This document shows, one piece after another, positions 14,863 to 15,788 of a stretch of 15,788 nucleotides of DNA. The first letter of the stretch is position 1. Each line of letters opens with the position of its first letter. Origin of the DNA: Bdellovibrionota bacterium (GTDB lineage Bacteria > Bdellovibrionota > UBA1018 > UBA923). A program made the position numbers and the translations under genes. The notes beneath the pieces were generated by a model that worked only from the letters and a program-made list of their open reading frames with translations, had not been told where the DNA came from and ran no database searches. The DNA lies in assembly GCA_040754655.1 (NCBI GenBank), contig JBFMCE010000091.1, positions 1 to 15,788 of the forward strand. The letters are read 5' to 3'.

Positions 14863-15729
14863 TTAAAGTGGTAATACTACCGAGCCGAAGACAAACAAAC
14901 CGGGGTCTGTGCCCTGAAAAGTCACTCCAGTATCTGCTCGGGCGGCAATATTTTCGTTAATAAGTAGCTTTAAGCCGCCGCCCAAGAAGGCATTGAAATA
15001 ACTGTCAGAGATATTCTCACCATTCACAACGACATTATCGCTCGAAGAAAATGAGGGGCCAACTGCTGCTTTGACGAAAGGCACAATTGGACTTTCGCTG
15101 ATGATCCAGTCGTAACGCAAGCCGCCATCTACGTGAAAAATAGTCGCATTAACGTCATTGTCGCCTGAGAGAAAGCTTAAGTAGAGGCTAGGCTCGAAAT
15201 AAAACGGGAAGTTTTTTGCAACTCGGAATGAGAGGTTGGTTCCTACGGAAAAAGCCGCTTTATCTTCAATGCTGATGCTACCAAGTACTGGGGAGATCTC
15301 GAAAAACGACAGTTGAGTGCCCTGGGGTTTAGGAGCTTGTTCCGTTTCAGAAGTGCCAGCCGATGAAGCAGGTGAACGTTTAGGTTGTTCACTTTTAGAT
15401 TCACTTTGAAGCTGGTCTAAAAACATCGGCGAACCGCTTTTCTCTTGTTCAGGTTGTAAAGGGGCTTGCTCGCTTAAGGTGCTCGGCGAACCTTCACTTG
15501 CCGGAGCTCTTTCACGTGATGGGACGACTTCAGTCTCTGCTTCAAGTTGATCTTCTTCGATCACCTCTTCTTCTGTAAACTGGTCATTTGTTTGAGCTTC
15601 ATCAAGATATGCGGGATCTTCAGCCCGAATCGGAGGCACGTCTTGGCTTGGCTCTGTAGAGTATTGCGCAAAGCTCATAGGCGTGGCGATGGCCATAAGA
15701 ATTGCTACTGTCAGCAAATGGTTCTTCAC
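14863..15729 (-). CDS. Outer-membrane protein: signal peptide, acidic disordered region of ~120 aa, and a C-terminal OmpA-like barrel of about 8 strands
   Basis: GTG start with GGAGG RBS. Signal peptide MKNHLLTVAILMAIATPMSFA|Q, an E/S/P/Q-rich linker, then strands such as GGLRYDW, IVPFVKAAVG, FLGGGLKLLI and NIAARAD that are typical of OMP beta-barrel domains. Confidence 0.78.
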   Translation of the reverse strand: MKNHLLTVAILMAIATPMSFAQYSTEPSQDVPPIRAEDPAYLDEAQTNDQFTEEEVIEEDQLEAETEVVPSRERAPASEGSPSTLSEQAPLQPEQEKSGSPMFLDQLQSESKSEQPKRSPASSAGTSETEQAPKPQGTQLSFFEISPVLGSISIEDKAAFSVGTNLSFRVAKNFPFYFEPSLYLSFLSGDNDVNATIFHVDGGLRYDWIISESPIVPFVKAAVGPSFSSSDNVVVNGENISDSYFNAFLGGGLKLLINENIAARADTGVTFQGTDPGLFVFGSVVLPL

Positions 15730-15788
15730 TTGAATTCCCTCCGTCTAATTATTAAATATCTTAGTTCAAGGCCAGTGTTGCAATGCAG

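Noticed and set aside
1..15788. CRISPR array, IS element, prophage or defence system
   Set aside because: I saw no repeat-spacer pattern and no transposase, integrase, phage or defence-gene motifs. Nearly all sequence is accounted for by the genes listed.

Overview
Gene-dense housekeeping region with most genes on the minus strand. Gene content and style suggest a Gram-negative, probably Bdellovibrionota/deltaproteobacteria-like, organism (inference). Minus strand, in transcription order: an OmpA-like barrel protein with an acidic linker, a terminator, a secreted alpha/beta hydrolase, an rplX-rpsR pair, a lipoprotein rhodanese, an EamA transporter, the tightly coupled run ileS-lspA-lgt-plsY::binding protein-ABC permease-ABC ATPase, and dksA-galU-secreted hypothetical-priA (partial, missing from the ORF track). 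Plus strand: a FadL/PorV-like barrel, an orphan helical protein and tRNA-Ser(GGA). The most striking feature is a single 482-aa ORF that fuses the acyltransferase PlsY to a BtuF-like class III periplasmic binding protein through a signal-peptide-like helix. This places a cobalamin/heme/siderophore-type importer with a divergent ATPase inside the ileS-lipoprotein maturation operon. Also notable: rplX and rpsR both lie outside their canonical operons, and the OmpA-like protein carries a repeated R-x-P-A-S motif. No CRISPR array, transposase or integrase was seen. All family calls come from reading motifs by eye; no database searches were run.
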